Origin: Eledone cirrhosa
Taxonomy: Eukaryota
DNA: 64,000 bases
Direction of reading: 5' to 3'
Assembly (NCBI GenBank): GCA_964016885.1
Contig: OZ024741.1
Location: forward strand, 17,360,001-17,424,000
Numbering within the stretch: the first letter of the stretch is position 1; each line of letters starts with the position of its first letter. Made by a program: the position numbers and the translations under genes. Below are positions 14,131-26,460 of the stretch, piece by piece. The notes beneath the pieces are model-generated. The model did no database searches, was not told the origin of the DNA, and saw only the letters and a program-made list of their open reading frames with translations.

Positions 14131-14616
14131 CATACATACACACATACACTCTCTCGCATACACACACACACACACACACACATGTGAGCAGTCACACACA
14201 TTTATACACACACACACACACACACACACTCCCTCTCTCTCACACACACACTCTCCACACACACTCCCTCTCTCATACACAAACACAGACTAACACGTGC
14301 GCCTTCACACACACACTCACACACACATGTGCGCAGTCACACACACTTATACACACACACAAAGAGGTCATCGATTAATGAGGACAATTTATCAGCGTTT
14401 CCCATATTGATCTGTTGTATAGTATATAAATATATATATGTGTGTGTGTGAGAGAGAGAGGGAGAGAGAGGGAGGGAGAGAGTGCCAATGTATGTATATA
14501 AATGGATGATAATATCCTCTGTTGTGTTATTTCCGTATAATTTTCACACATACACATACATGTATGTATGTATGTATTTATATGTATATATGTATATATA
14601 TATATATATGCGTTTT

Positions 14617-14699
<83 letters not shown>

Positions 14700-14744
14700 A
14701 TATATATATATATGTATTTATGTATATATATATATGAAAAGTGT

Positions 14745-14823
14745 CATTACCCACTCTACTACCCAAAGTATCGAATACTCTGGTGCCCTATGGTCCACCT
14801 GATTTCTTACCACACTTCCTTCG

Positions 14824-14826
<3 letters not shown>
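14745..14826 (+). mobile_element. 3' fragment of TA-embedded Penelope-like non-autonomous family P1
   Basis: Shared sequence ACCCACTCTACTACCC..TATGGTCCACCTG..CTTACCAC..CGTTA followed by (TA)n; five copies in the window. Confidence 0.75.
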
Positions 14827-14875
<49 letters not shown>

Positions 14876-14879
<4 letters not shown>

Positions 14880-15002
14880 AAAAATTTGAACGGGAACAAA
14901 ACAGAGAGGCAGTACGAACAAAGGTTTATTAGTTTCACGCTCTTGAGAGTGGGGTGGTGGTGGGGAACGACGTTTCGGGCATAAGCCCTTCTTCAGGTGA
15001 AA

Positions 15003-15003
<1 letters not shown>
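14876..15003 (-). mobile_element. Penelope-like pLTR fragment carrying an HHR, between (TA)n arrays
   Basis: HHR, then AATAAA, then (TA)n on the minus strand. Confidence 0.7.
14966..14999 (-). ncRNA. minimal type I hammerhead ribozyme
   Basis: Minus strand: CAC-CTGAAGA-A-GGGC-TTAT-GCCC-GAAAC-GTC-GTT; palindromic stem III ACGT; very short stem I. Confidence 0.75.
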
Positions 15004-15077
<74 letters not shown>

Positions 15078-15084
15078 AAAAAGT

Positions 15085-15165
15085 ATACTTTTTCCTATTT
15101 CCCACTCTACTACTCTAAGTATTGAGTACTCTGGTCCATCTGGTTCCTTACCACAATTCCTTTGT

Positions 15166-15167
<2 letters not shown>
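15085..15167 (+). mobile_element. family P1 fragment with 5' fold-back
   Basis: Same body as 14745; begins with hairpin ATAGGAAAAAG-TATA-CTTTTTCCTAT. Confidence 0.7.
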
Positions 15168-15264
<97 letters not shown>

Positions 15265-15699
15265 ACACACATATGTACAATAAGTGTTTAGATCGATATA
15301 TATACACATATGTCTCCATCCACCACACCAGTACACACCAATAAGACACCCGTACATACCACTCAGAACACACATATATATCTCTGCACACACACATACA
15401 CCCCAAATCCCACATATACCCCACCCCCACCCTTATTGGACCCTCTGGTCTCCCCACACACAATATGTAGCCTTACTTGCATACAATATGCACACACGGT
15501 TGCATCATATGATTGCATCATACGGTTACATTATAAACATCTGCACCCATTATAACAGCACCTCCACCACTCCCTCAACACCTACTCTCGCTATATATTT
15601 AGATGCATGCACGTGTACGTGCGCTTGTATATGCGTGCACCTATACAGCCCCTGAGACATCACATATCATCGACAGCCAACACTCCATGGCTGTCGCTT

Positions 15700-16100
15700 G
15701 AGGGTGTACATGTGTTTGTATCTCCAGTGTGTGCAGCTGTGCTTATGTGGTACCCTGTGAGGTGTTGGGGTGCCTCATAAACACCAGTGTTGTATTTTTC
15801 CCAACCTCTCGGTTCCATCCCGACCCTCCACACTTCGTAGTTCAGCCGTTTGCAGTTGTACCTCCATACCGTCGTACACGAAACCAAGCAGTCACATGAG
15901 GGTCCATGTGTGCTTGTGTACTTGAATCTCCAGTGTATGCAGCTGTGTTTATGTGGTACCCTGTGAGGTGTTGAGGTGCCGCCAGTGTTGCATGTTTCCC
16001 AACCTCCCGGCTCCATCCACCTCCATACACATAGTAACTCCACACCTCGTAGTTCAGTGGTTTGCGGTTGTACCTCCATACCGTCATACACGAAACCAAA
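15700..16100. repeat. imperfect ~200-bp tandem duplication
   Basis: TCTCCAGTGT..GCAGCTGTG..GGTACCCTGTGAGGTGTTG..CCTCCATACCGTC..ACACGAAACCAA occurs twice. Confidence 0.8.
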
Positions 16101-16607
16101 CAGGTTCTCTAACGGCCGTAGCACGAACTGCTACAAGGCTTCGATCATATTCTCTACCACTTCCCTTTCTCAATAACCATTTACGACTGTCTTTTTTTAC
16201 GTAGAATTTCACATACATAGGTATGCCACCCTGCATTGGTCAGCTTACGTCGCACATGCGCTCACACACCTCTACACTCTCACAGTAGTCAGCTCGGTTA
16301 CGGTCGAACGTAGCTTTGCACAGACGAACAAACAAACCAAACACACGCACACACTCACACATACCCACACGTCCCTTTCAAAACCTTTCTAAGATACCCG
16401 AATTGGCTGACTGGACACACGTGCTTTTTATCCCCAATATGTTCTCTCTTTTTTCTTATCCCCATTCTCTATATTTCATATACTATCATATGATGAAGGA
16501 TTAATGTTGAAAACGTTAAGACACTTTTCCTACGATATCAAGCGTTAAACTAATATATTTCTTTATTGTACTGTATTGTTTGCTTTGTTCTTTCCGCTTA
16601 CTTTTCG

Positions 16608-16652
<45 letters not shown>

Positions 16653-16928
16653 GGAATAGAATGAAACGAAATTTCATTTCTCACTCTTAGTACGGCACTT
16701 ACTTAAATGTAAGTATGTATGTATATATATACATATATGTATACAGACGTACAGTAGTATGTATATATATATACATACATGCACACATATATATATATCC
16801 ACGTATCGGTTTACCGAACATTTATTATAATGCTCGGTTTGTTTGTTTGTAAACAAACAAACAAACCGAATTACGCCGTACAATGTTAAGGCAACCACGT
16901 CACCTTTTTGTTCAACACTGACACAGGA

Positions 16929-16971
16929 ACGATGTACTAGTTTCAAGCTTATTAACTATCGTCAGCATCGT
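16929..16971 (-). ncRNA. minimal type I hammerhead (mirror copy)
   Basis: Reverse complement of 17141-17183. Confidence 0.8.
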
Positions 16972-17140
16972 ATACCTTCCTGCCAGATGGTTGAACGTCT
17001 GAAAGTATATACTTACCTTATGCATATTAACGGCTGAGCAGCCTAATTTGCATATCGAGTGAGTTCAGTCGGCCGGGCACACCGAAAACGATAAATGGAA
17101 TAGAATGAAACGAAATTTCAACCATCTGGAAGGAAGGTAT

Positions 17141-17183
17141 ACGATGCTGACGATAGTTAATAAGCTTGAAACTAGTACATCGT
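17141..17183 (+). ncRNA. minimal type I hammerhead ribozyme
   Basis: ACGATG-CTGACGA-T-AGTT-AATA-AGCT-T-GAAA-CTAG-TA-CATCGT: 6-bp stem I, palindromic stem III ACTAGT, GUA cleavage triplet. Confidence 0.82.
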
Positions 17184-17858
17184 TCCTGTGTCAGTGTTGA
17201 ACAAAAAGGTGACGTGGTTGCCTTAACATTGTACGGCGTAATTCGGTTTGTTTGTTTGTTTACAAACAAACAAACCGAGCATTATAATAAATGTTCGGTA
17301 AACCGATACGTGGATATATATATGTGTGCATGTATGTATATATATACATACTACTGTACGTCTGTATACATATATGTATGTACGTATACATACGTACATA
17401 CTTATATATATATATATATATATACAAGTGGAAGCTTAGTAAAATCGAAGCTTTGGCTGTGGCCAAGTTAACGACCTACAATTAGGAATGAACAGCAAAG
17501 CACTCAATAAGGTAGGCCTTAGAGTAATAACATACGTTTAGACAGCTTGACAAATTGAAAATTGCGGCTGGCAGACCTAGCCACACAATACCTGAAACAA
17601 CGAAGAAACTAATCAGGTTAGACAACTGACCTGGACATATCGAACGATATTTTGCAATACGTCTGATAGGTTTCTGTGAATCCGAAATCATCCATCTAGC
17701 TGAATTCATTCATTGAACAAAACTGCATGAACACCACATACATGTGTTTATACTTCTCTCTTCCCCCCCCCCCCCCCTCCCCCTCTCTCTATCTATCTAT
17801 ATCTATCTATTTATCTATCTATTTATATCTATCTATCGATTTATATCTATCTATCGAT

Positions 17859-17959
<101 letters not shown>

Positions 17960-18559
17960 CGTGTGTATGTTCTATGATTCATATATATATATATGTGTGT
18001 GTATATGTGTGTGTATATGTGTGTATATATGTGTGTGTATATGTGTGTGTATATGTATTTGACTGCTATTTCTTGTAAATAAACATTCACTTTCATCCTG
18101 ACGTCACTAGCCCCGTTTTTCCTCATGTGCTTTTTCATAATTACACATGATGGCGAACTAGCCAGTTTTAGAATTCCCTTTTTCGGATTATAATACTGTG
18201 AGAGCCCTGGTTTCTGTTGAGCTCTGCTGACGATTGAAATCCAACCGTGACCATCTCCACTGAAAGTTTTCATGAAATAGTCTTTTAAGACTATACAGAG
18301 CATTTGATGTTATTCCAAATTGAAGGATAAGTGTTTTAAACTTTATTTTATCATGAGTTAAAGGTCTATTGATTTTTCCCTGGATTTCATTAAATTCTGT
18401 GGATGAATTTGTATCCTGATTCTCTTTTGAGATGAGTTTGAATTATTTTTCATAAATCTTACGTTAACTACTTTTCCCTTTCACTGCACACGTTGCTATG
18501 CTAAGGTCACCAACACGCTGAAAGTTATGAATATTTTCCTGTTGAAGGCCATGTAGTAC

Positions 18560-18660
18560 GTTTTGCTGGGAATCTTCTGTCCGTAATGGAGGACATGGAA
18601 TTGTGTGGCATTGAACGATATTTTATTGTTACTCACCCACTTGTATATGGTCTTGGCTTT
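18560..18660 (-). pseudogene. decayed CR1-like LINE RT fragment
   Basis: Minus strand translates KTIYKWVSNNKISFNATQFHVLHYG, resembling the post-YADD W...N.M.FN..KF..LHYG motif. Confidence 0.5.
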
Positions 18661-19377
18661 GATAAAGTGCATAGATTACACTGTTTATATATATATATAT
18701 ATATATATATGAAAGGATTAAAGTGTTAATGTTTATCTAAAAACTTTCCATCGCAATTTTATTTAATAACATTTAAGTATATAACAAACAATTGTATTTT
18801 CAAAAGATAGAATATTTGATAAAGAATTAAATGCAGATGTTTAATAAATAATCTTGTACACGGAGCACAGGACAAACAGATAAGTGAGCCAGCATGTCCC
18901 TAAGTATACTGGAAGGTATACTTAGGGACATCTGTTAAGTATATATATATATGTGTGTTAAGTATATATATATACTGAACACACGTGCTTCCACAATTTC
19001 GCATCGACCCTCCCGTTTTTACCTCCGCCGTAAAAACCCCTTTTGGATTATCTCCCTTTCCCTTCTCCTTCTCACTTCCGGTTGCTCGTGTCTCTCTCTC
19101 TCACTCTCTCTCGTCTACAAGAAAGTCAACACGATTTATTGCTTGTTTCTTTGTCCTGTGTCTTCCCACGATGGGATATGTTCACCTTTATTTTCTCCTG
19201 TTTTTTCTCCTTTTTTTCTCCCTTTTTCCCTTCTCTCTTTCTTCCTCTCTCCTCACCAATCCCCCTACTCTCTGTCCTTTTTCCTCTTTTCCCTCTTCTC
19301 CCTTCCTTTCTCTCTCCTTTTTTTCTCTCCTTTCTCTCTTCTTTTCCTCCTGGCATTTTGATTAATAAAATGCCTTG

Positions 19378-19455
19378 GGCGCTCACGATCGTTACAGATG
19401 TCCTGTAATTCAGCGCCGAAACATCTGGATCGCAGTTTTTTACAGCTGACGAAGG
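19378..19455 (+). ncRNA. candidate non-circularly permuted hammerhead ribozyme
   Basis: CAGATG-TC-CTGTAA (19395-19408), CC-GAAA-CATCTG (19416-19427), TTACAG-CTGACGA-A-GG (19440-19455). All core motifs and stems are in register but the strand order is non-canonical. Confidence 0.6.
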
Positions 19456-19567
19456 ATTATTTCTTCTTTTATCCTCTTGTTCCGTCCTAACCATCATCCT
19501 AAACCTCGTTTTTAGTAACCACACAGCTCCTTTCGTTTCGTATCATTATATATATATATATATATGA

Positions 19568-19702
19568 ACAGAAATAGCTGTCGAAATGGCCGGAACTCAG
19601 CCGTCGGGTCCTGACTCTTTTCCTATTAACCACTCTACTACCCATAGTATATAGTACTCTGGTGCGTTATGGTCCACCTGGTTCCTTACCACATTTCCTT
19701 CG

Positions 19703-19705
<3 letters not shown>
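19568..19705 (+). mobile_element. family P1 copy with degenerate 3' half of an HHR
   Basis: CAGAAATAGCTGTCGAAATGGC..CAGCCGTCGGG followed by the P1 body; TA-flanked. Confidence 0.75.
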
Positions 19706-19745
<40 letters not shown>

Positions 19746-20801
19746 CAGATAACAGACTTTTGTTGTGTTGTAGAGGTTTGTACACTCCAAACTGGTGTAG
19801 AACTATGTTGTGTGATTCTATTGATCTATAATAGTTATTCATCATAATATTTCAGTAACTGGTACAGTCAGGTTTTGGGGTGACACTTTAGACGTCCAGG
19901 TATTAAGCAATTACCATTGATCTCTGACCTTCATCATAGGCAGATAGCAAGTTCGAGACTTGTACAGTTATTGATATTGTCGGACCAAGGCTCTCTTTGT
20001 CAACCTCTTCAAACTTCTTCAGCTGTTCCCCGAAGAATGGTTTTAGACGGAGTCGTAGCGGGACACATATCCATATCAGGTGAGCTTTCGTCATTTCACT
20101 GTAGCGAGGAGTGAATCATGCCTTCCAGTATACTTAGGGACATGCTGGTTCACATACCTGTTTGTCTTGTGCTCCGTGTACAAGATTATTTATTAAACAT
20201 CTGCATTTAATTCTTTATCAAATATTCTATCTTTTGAAAATACAATTGTTTGTTATATACTTAAATGTTATTAAATAAAATTGCGATGGAAAGATTTTAG
20301 ATAAATATTAACACTTTAATCCTTTCAATACCATATCTCTTTTGTAAAATGGGATTCAGGTGAGACAGGTTTGTAAATATTTGTCTGTGCTACTGTACTG
20401 TCACTTCTATCAATCAGTGTTATTTCTGTTTCTTTATACTGATCACCTTACCTCTAAATATCTTTAGTTGAATATTTTCAGAGGATTAATTAACAACGCT
20501 AACATTGCAGTATTTTATAAGCAGACATTGTACGACTATCTGGATCTGGAACAGACAGCTTTGTTGATTCTATTGTGTCTTTATCTGTTAAGTCTCCACG
20601 TGTTAGTTTGCCGCGGGAAATTCTCATCTGGTAGAATACAAAAGTGTATTTAATACGCAGCTATTTCCTTGGCTGCGAAAGTCATTGTTGTATTGCTCCT
20701 TGAGCAGATGTCAAACACATGAAGGATTGCCCGAATACGAGACATTTTCACTTAGAAGCTGACTGGTTTAGTTTGTAATTTTGAAACTAGAGACTTGTGG
20801 A

Positions 20802-20902
20802 CATAATAGACGATAGAGAGTCCATAATAGACGATAGAGAGTCCATAATAGACGATAGAGAGTCCATAATAGACGATAGAGAGTCCATAATAGACGATAG
20901 AG
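20802..20902. repeat. 21-bp tandem repeat, ~5 copies
   Basis: CATAATAGACGATAGAGAGTC units. Confidence 0.95.
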
Positions 20903-21030
20903 TGTATTTGGCTTTAGCATTATCCACCTTCATGATCTACACTCTTCACAGGAAGTACCAGTGAATGGACACATACATACATATACTTAAACATACATAC
21001 ATGCATGAATAGATACACATATATACATAA

Positions 21031-21061
<31 letters not shown>

Positions 21062-21075
21062 ATACATACATACAC

Positions 21076-21331
21076 AATGGCTGCCCCCTCGTTATCGAGT
21101 ATGGCCATTGCACGATATACCATTATTAATAATTATTAATTAATTCTATCGTGCAATGCCTGTGCGTGAAGATATTTTTTAAAGTGAGGAAAGACTGTGC
21201 ACTGAGCCAATCCCACTCTCTGAGAGACAGTAGCTATAACCCGAAAAGAAGAAAAGATCAACATCATCGGTAACTACTGAGCCGCAGGTTTTATGTCGGA
21301 GTTATCCCAGTTTCATGAGTTGCCTTCTCCT
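21076..21331 (-). mobile_element. RTE-derived non-autonomous element family B (5'-truncated) in a (CATA)n array
   Basis: Matches 40988-41362 in reverse; tail GCCATACTCGATAACGAGGGGGCAGCCAT. Confidence 0.85.
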
Positions 21332-21350
21332 ACATATGTACACGTACATA

Positions 21351-21384
<34 letters not shown>

Positions 21385-21898
21385 CATAAATACATGCATA
21401 TATACACACGTACATGCATGCATGTCTATATATGCATACGTATATACACACATATACGCACATACATACCTTCATACATACATGCATACATACACATACA
21501 TACTTACACACATACTTACACACATACATATATACATGCATACATACACACACATGCATATATACATACACATACATACATAGATACGTATATACATATA
21601 TACATACATTCACATACATACATACATACATATACATACATACATTCTCACGCTATTATAAGCTATACTATAATAAGACATGGGACGGTAATGGCGTCTT
21701 GAAGTCTGGCTTCCGGAAGACTCCATTGCCCACATGATAGATGAACCGGAAGTGACGACAAGTTAATCTAAATCTGAGATATATAATCCGAACGCATGAT
21801 AGTTTCAAATGAAAATTAATTAGATCGAAAAATAAAAACAAAAGAAAACCACAAAGATAACATCAACATCCAGAATGAAGAAATATCTTGCAGCGTTG

Positions 21899-22216
21899 TT
21901 GGATTTCCGTCTGTAGCGACGACGAGTATTCCTGTTGTTCGAATAACGGAACAGCCTACACTTAGATTAACGTGTATATGACTGAACAACCCATACACAC
22001 GTGTATCCTTAACGTAGTTCTCAGGGAGATTCAGTATGATACAGTTTGTGATAAAGCTGGCCCTTTGAATTACAGGTACAACTAATATTTTCCAGCTGAG
22101 TGGACTGAAGCAATGTGGAATAAAGAACTTGCTCAAAGAAACAACGTGCCACCGAGAAACGAACTCACGAACTTACGATCAAGAGGCGACTAATCTAACA
22201 ACTTATTCACGTACCT
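21899..22216 (-). mobile_element. near full-length tRNA-derived SINE family 2
   Basis: Minus strand: tRNA-like head with GAGTTCGTTTC, TTTGAGCAAG..CAGTCCACTCAGCTGG, AAAGGGCCAGC, CTCCCTGAGAACTACGTTAAGG; recognised from memory as an octopus-type SINE. Confidence 0.65.
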
Positions 22217-22984
22217 TTGACCAGATAAGTAGGGGACTACACTAACAACTTAACCAGGCACCTTTCACTAGAAAAGTAGGGACCACATTAACAACTTGGT
22301 CAGGCACCTTCGACTAGAAAAGTAGCCACTCACTCATAGCAAGATTTGTTTCCTGGTAGACAAAATCCGTGAGTGTGGCCGCCTTTGGAGAGGTCTGAAT
22401 GCTATATTCTTTCTTGATCTAGGGTGGTAGACCACTTTTGGAGAGGTCTGAACACTGTATATATTGATTTTGGGTGGTAGACAAATTCCGTGAGGGTGAC
22501 CACTTTTGCAGAGGGCTAAACACTATATATATTAATCTGGGGTGGTAGATGTAATCTGTCACTTAGCAAACAATAGTCATGAAACCTCGAAGTGGGAGAG
22601 GGAGAGAGTGGGAAGTACGAGGGGTTCACCCATAATGACGAAATTTCAAATGGCTTAGTGAGGGATTTACAAAATTGACGTTTACAAGCAGGGATATTAC
22701 AAACAACACCTGGACCTTTGGTGTCTTTAATAAAGTCCATTTCTTTTGCAAGGAGAAACTTTTTAACTGAGTATAGCACCTTGGTTTATGACCAAGTGAG
22801 CTGGAATCTTCGACAACTGTCAAAATACAATAGTAATTGTTTTATTATTACACCCTATCTCCCAGACTATAATAGCGTTTTTATTTTTAATCTTCAGAGT
22901 CGTTAGTTGATAGAATTTTGAGAATAAAATGTAGGGTTTTTTCCTATAAACTTTGATGCTTTTTGAACGAATATAGGCTTCAAA

Positions 22985-23338
22985 ACTGTTGTGTTTCCCC
23001 TACTCCAAAAAATAAGCCTTGGCATGGTTTTTATGTTGCTGTCCAATATAGGCCCTATCCTGAAAATAAGCCCTTGCACAGTTTTTGCGAGGAAAATTAA
23101 TAGAAAAAATAATATAAAACGCAGACTTCCAGAGTATTGTTGTTTACTAACATAAATTATTGAAATAATATTGTTTTTAACTCTATATCCTTTATTTTTG
23201 ACATCATTATAATGATATTTTTTTTATCAAAACTCTTGTTCTGTTATTGTTTGTGTAAATATATAAGTCCTACTACAAAACTAAGCCTTAGTACACTTTT
23301 TAAGTGGAAAATAATATAAAACCTTAGAGAAACAAGAT
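22985..23338. mobile_element. degenerate Tc2/pogo-like MITE
   Basis: GTGTTTCCCC..AAAATAAGCC repeated subterminal motifs at both ends. Confidence 0.4.
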
Positions 23339-23767
23339 ACTTTTCTGTTTCACTCAAACGATATGTCTAAAACCCCTTTTCTCGTAGACGAGTGTAAGGA
23401 TTAAAATTTACCGACATAATTAAAGTTTAGTGCTCGCCACATCTTGAATTTTTGTTCAAATAACATTTAATTCTTAGTAATATATATTTTAAAATAAGAA
23501 ATAAAATTTTGCAAGGATAATTTTTTTTTTTTTTTTTTTTGTGTTTATTTTTTTAAATTATAAATACGTTGACGAAGTTATATTGTAAAAAAATACACTA
23601 TTTTTCTTCGCAATTCCTAGTTGTAGAAATCCTATGACATAACAAATCGTCCTTTTATTATAATATTTACACTCTGTTTCGTTCTACACCTCTTTACCGA
23701 AACTACGCACCGAGTGCTGACTCTGGTGAAACTACAGTAACTGCACGTTACACTCCTTATGTGTGTG

Positions 23768-23812
<45 letters not shown>

Positions 23813-23814
<2 letters not shown>

Positions 23815-24250
23815 TAGCAGAGGTACCGGCGTTGCTCGGGTATTAAATAGCAGTTATGTATACCATTTATGTCAATACTTCAGTGCTGCTTCGAAAACTA
23901 TACTTTTACAAAATCATCGGCTTTTTACAAAAGGGGGTTCTTACCCCAGGGGTCCCCTACTCAATGTGCCAATTCTGAGAGTTCACATTCATCTGTAGAA
24001 AAAACGTAGCCGAAGTGTCAAGTTTTGTGAAAATCGGTTGCGAACTCCAGAAGTTATGAGGTTTTGTTGCATTGCACTGCAGTGCTTCAGTCGACTCCAA
24101 GGAAGTGGTTGAAGGGGGTTATCTGCCGGGAGGCCCTATAATCAATATCTGGAAAAATGAAAGTGCCCATGACCATCCGGAGTACATAAGTAACCTATGT
24201 CTTAAGTTTGGTGAAAATACTGTAGAAATACATAAGGTTTACACACACAC
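23813..24250 (+). mobile_element. non-autonomous Helitron-like element
   Basis: Starts ACTAGCAG..ACCGGCGTTGCTCGGG right after (TA)n, contains AAGTTTTGTGAAAATCGG, ends in CA repeat; same start motif at 51735. Confidence 0.5.
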
Positions 24251-24260
24251 GTGCGCGCGC

Positions 24261-24361
<101 letters not shown>

Positions 24362-24815
24362 TGTATGTATTTGTGTGTGCGTATGTATATGTATGTGTAT
24401 GTCCGTCGGGGCATACGTATGTACTGGCCTAAATCTTCACTATTTACTTTTACTATTTTAATAACCTCTGTCATTTTCGTTTTCAATTTTATTTACATCA
24501 TTCTTAAACTCCGGGGCTGGAAATCATTCGGTTATTTTAAATAGAATATTAGTCTAACGACTCCATTTATACCATAAACTTGGTCTTGTCTTTGCATGAA
24601 ATTGTTCCACATAACGACGTATTATCCTCGCTTTTTTTCCGTGCATTGCCAGGGAACGTCTTCACGAACCAAAATGTCGTCTTCCTGTTTTCCTTCGGTT
24701 GCAACGTTTCTTGAAATATTTACTTCTGCGTTCACAGATAAAATTTTTTAGTTTCAGAAGATCCCGTTAATGTTGAAAGCAGCGATTCTTTGCTTAAACT
24801 TTAATCTGTTCTTAT

Positions 24816-24864
<49 letters not shown>

Positions 24865-24867
24865 CAG

Positions 24868-24923
24868 AGTTCAGAAATAGCCGTCGAAACGGCTTGAGCT
24901 CTGCCGTCGGGGTCTTACTTTTT

Positions 24924-24928
<5 letters not shown>
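24868..24928 (+). mobile_element. family P1 fragment with 3' half of an HHR
   Basis: TAGCCGTC-GAAAC-GGCTTGAGCTCTGCC-GTC-GGGG; TA-flanked. Confidence 0.7.
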
Positions 24929-24992
<64 letters not shown>

Positions 24993-24994
24993 TG

Positions 24995-25820
24995 GAGAAA
25001 CACCAGGACTCTGGCTTTACTGTAGCACCGGCTCAGAGCAGGAGAGTTAAGGCGAAAAAGGTATCAGATGCTGAATTTGCCGACGACATAGTTTTGGTGA
25101 CAAATACAGTGAAGGAGGCAGAGGATTTGATGCGGGAGGTTGAGACTGTGTCGATGAGTGTGGGGCTGAGAATGAATGAGACTAAAACAAAATATCTGGT
25201 AGAGAATGTTGAGAAGCTAGAGGGGATCACTAATTAGGCGGGAAGCCGCTAGAATTGGTTGAGGACTTCCTGTATTTGGGAGCAAAGATTGGGAATACGG
25301 AAGATGATGTAGTTGAGAGGAAGAGCAAAGCCTGGGCGGCGTGCCACAGCTTCAGATCGGTGTGGAAGTCGGACCTTCGTAAAGACCTGAAAATCCGCTT
25401 CTTCATTGCTGTATTGGAGTCTGTGCTGCTGTACGGGTCTGAAACTCACTCAGATGGTGGATGGGTGCTACACGAGAATGCTGAGGATGGCTCTGAACAT
25501 TAATCAGTATACACTGAGGATGAAGAACTCAGAGCTGTATGGGATCCTCCCAAAGGTCAGCTCAAAAGTGACACAGAGGAGACTGAGGTTAGCTGGACAT
25601 GCTAACCGACATCCAGAGTTGACATTGCACTAAGTGCTCCCGTGGGAGGCCCTACATGGACACACTGGAAGAGGAAGACCAAGGTTAACGTATGTTGATG
25701 CCCTAGGGACAGACACTGGTCTGTTGGAGACGCAGGACATGGCAGCGATAATGAGGGACAGAGACCGCTGGAGAGAACTCGTCCATGGATCTCGGGAATT
25801 TTACCCGCCCTAGATAGATA
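24995..25820 (+). pseudogene. 5'-truncated, frameshifted RTE-clade (RTE-X-like) LINE 3' end
   Basis: DAEFADDIVL, VGLRMNETKTKYL, VEDFLYLGA, ESVLLYGSET, RRLRLAGH, GRGRPRLTYVD, RDRDRWR; ends TAG then (TAGA)n. Confidence 0.88.
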
Positions 25821-25866
25821 TATCTGTATGTATGTATGCATATATATATATATATATGTGTGTGTG

Positions 25867-25898
<32 letters not shown>

Positions 25899-25901
<3 letters not shown>

Positions 25902-26052
25902 CGGAAGAAATGTGGTAAGGAACCAGGTGGACCATAACGCACCAAAGTACTCAATACTTAGGGTAGGAGAGTGGGTAATAGGAACGAGTAGGACCCCGAC
26001 GGCTGAGCTCAAGCCGTTTCGACGGCTAATTCTGGACGAATTAGCCGTCGAA

Positions 26053-26053
<1 letters not shown>
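25899..26053 (-). mobile_element. longest family P1 copy: HHR stems II and III intact, CUGANGA absent
   Basis: Minus strand: TTTC-GACGGCTAATTC-GTCCA-GAATTAGCCGTC-GAAAC-GGCT-TGAGCTC-AGCC-GTC-GGGG followed by the P1 body. Confidence 0.8.
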
Positions 26054-26150
<97 letters not shown>

Positions 26151-26151
26151 T

Positions 26152-26191
<40 letters not shown>

Positions 26192-26460
26192 ATATCATTG
26201 AATATATATATATATTTATTTAATTTCATTGAATATTATATTCCAGAAAACTTGTCGAGTGCTCTGAATCAGTTATAAACATTTATATTTGTTGAATTAC
26301 CAACAAATTGAATATCCCTTTTTCTTATATATATATATATGTGTGTGTGTGGGTGGGTAGGTGGGGTGGGGGGGGGGGTGTATACATATATTTTTATGTG
26401 TATATGTGTATATCTATATATGTGTATATGTGTTTGTATATGTATATATATATATAGAAA

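Larger units (their letters stand above)
16647..17390. mobile_element. Penelope-like non-autonomous element: ~270-bp inverted arms plus 30-bp direct repeat
   Basis: About 16725-16995 is the near-perfect reverse complement of about 17116-17385. ATAAATGGAATAGAATGAAACGAAATTTCA occurs at 16647 and 17091. Each arm carries an HHR. Confidence 0.8.
18711..20326. repeat. ~205-bp inverted repeat pair (18711-18916 / 20121-20326)
   Basis: Directly visible reverse complementarity; the left arm ends in hairpin ATGTCCCTAAGTATAC-TGGAAG-GTATACTTAGGGACAT. Confidence 0.9.

Noticed and set aside
20068-20130. Minus-strand GACGAAAGCTC HHR 3' half; also a lone CTGATGAGGGAC at about 47918-47932
   Set aside because: The partner core motif is missing or too degraded to call.
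20460-20800. Possible decayed RTE endonuclease on the minus strand (AAKEIAAY..); possible CR1 tail at 17530-17620
   Set aside because: Similarity is too short and interrupted to support without a search.
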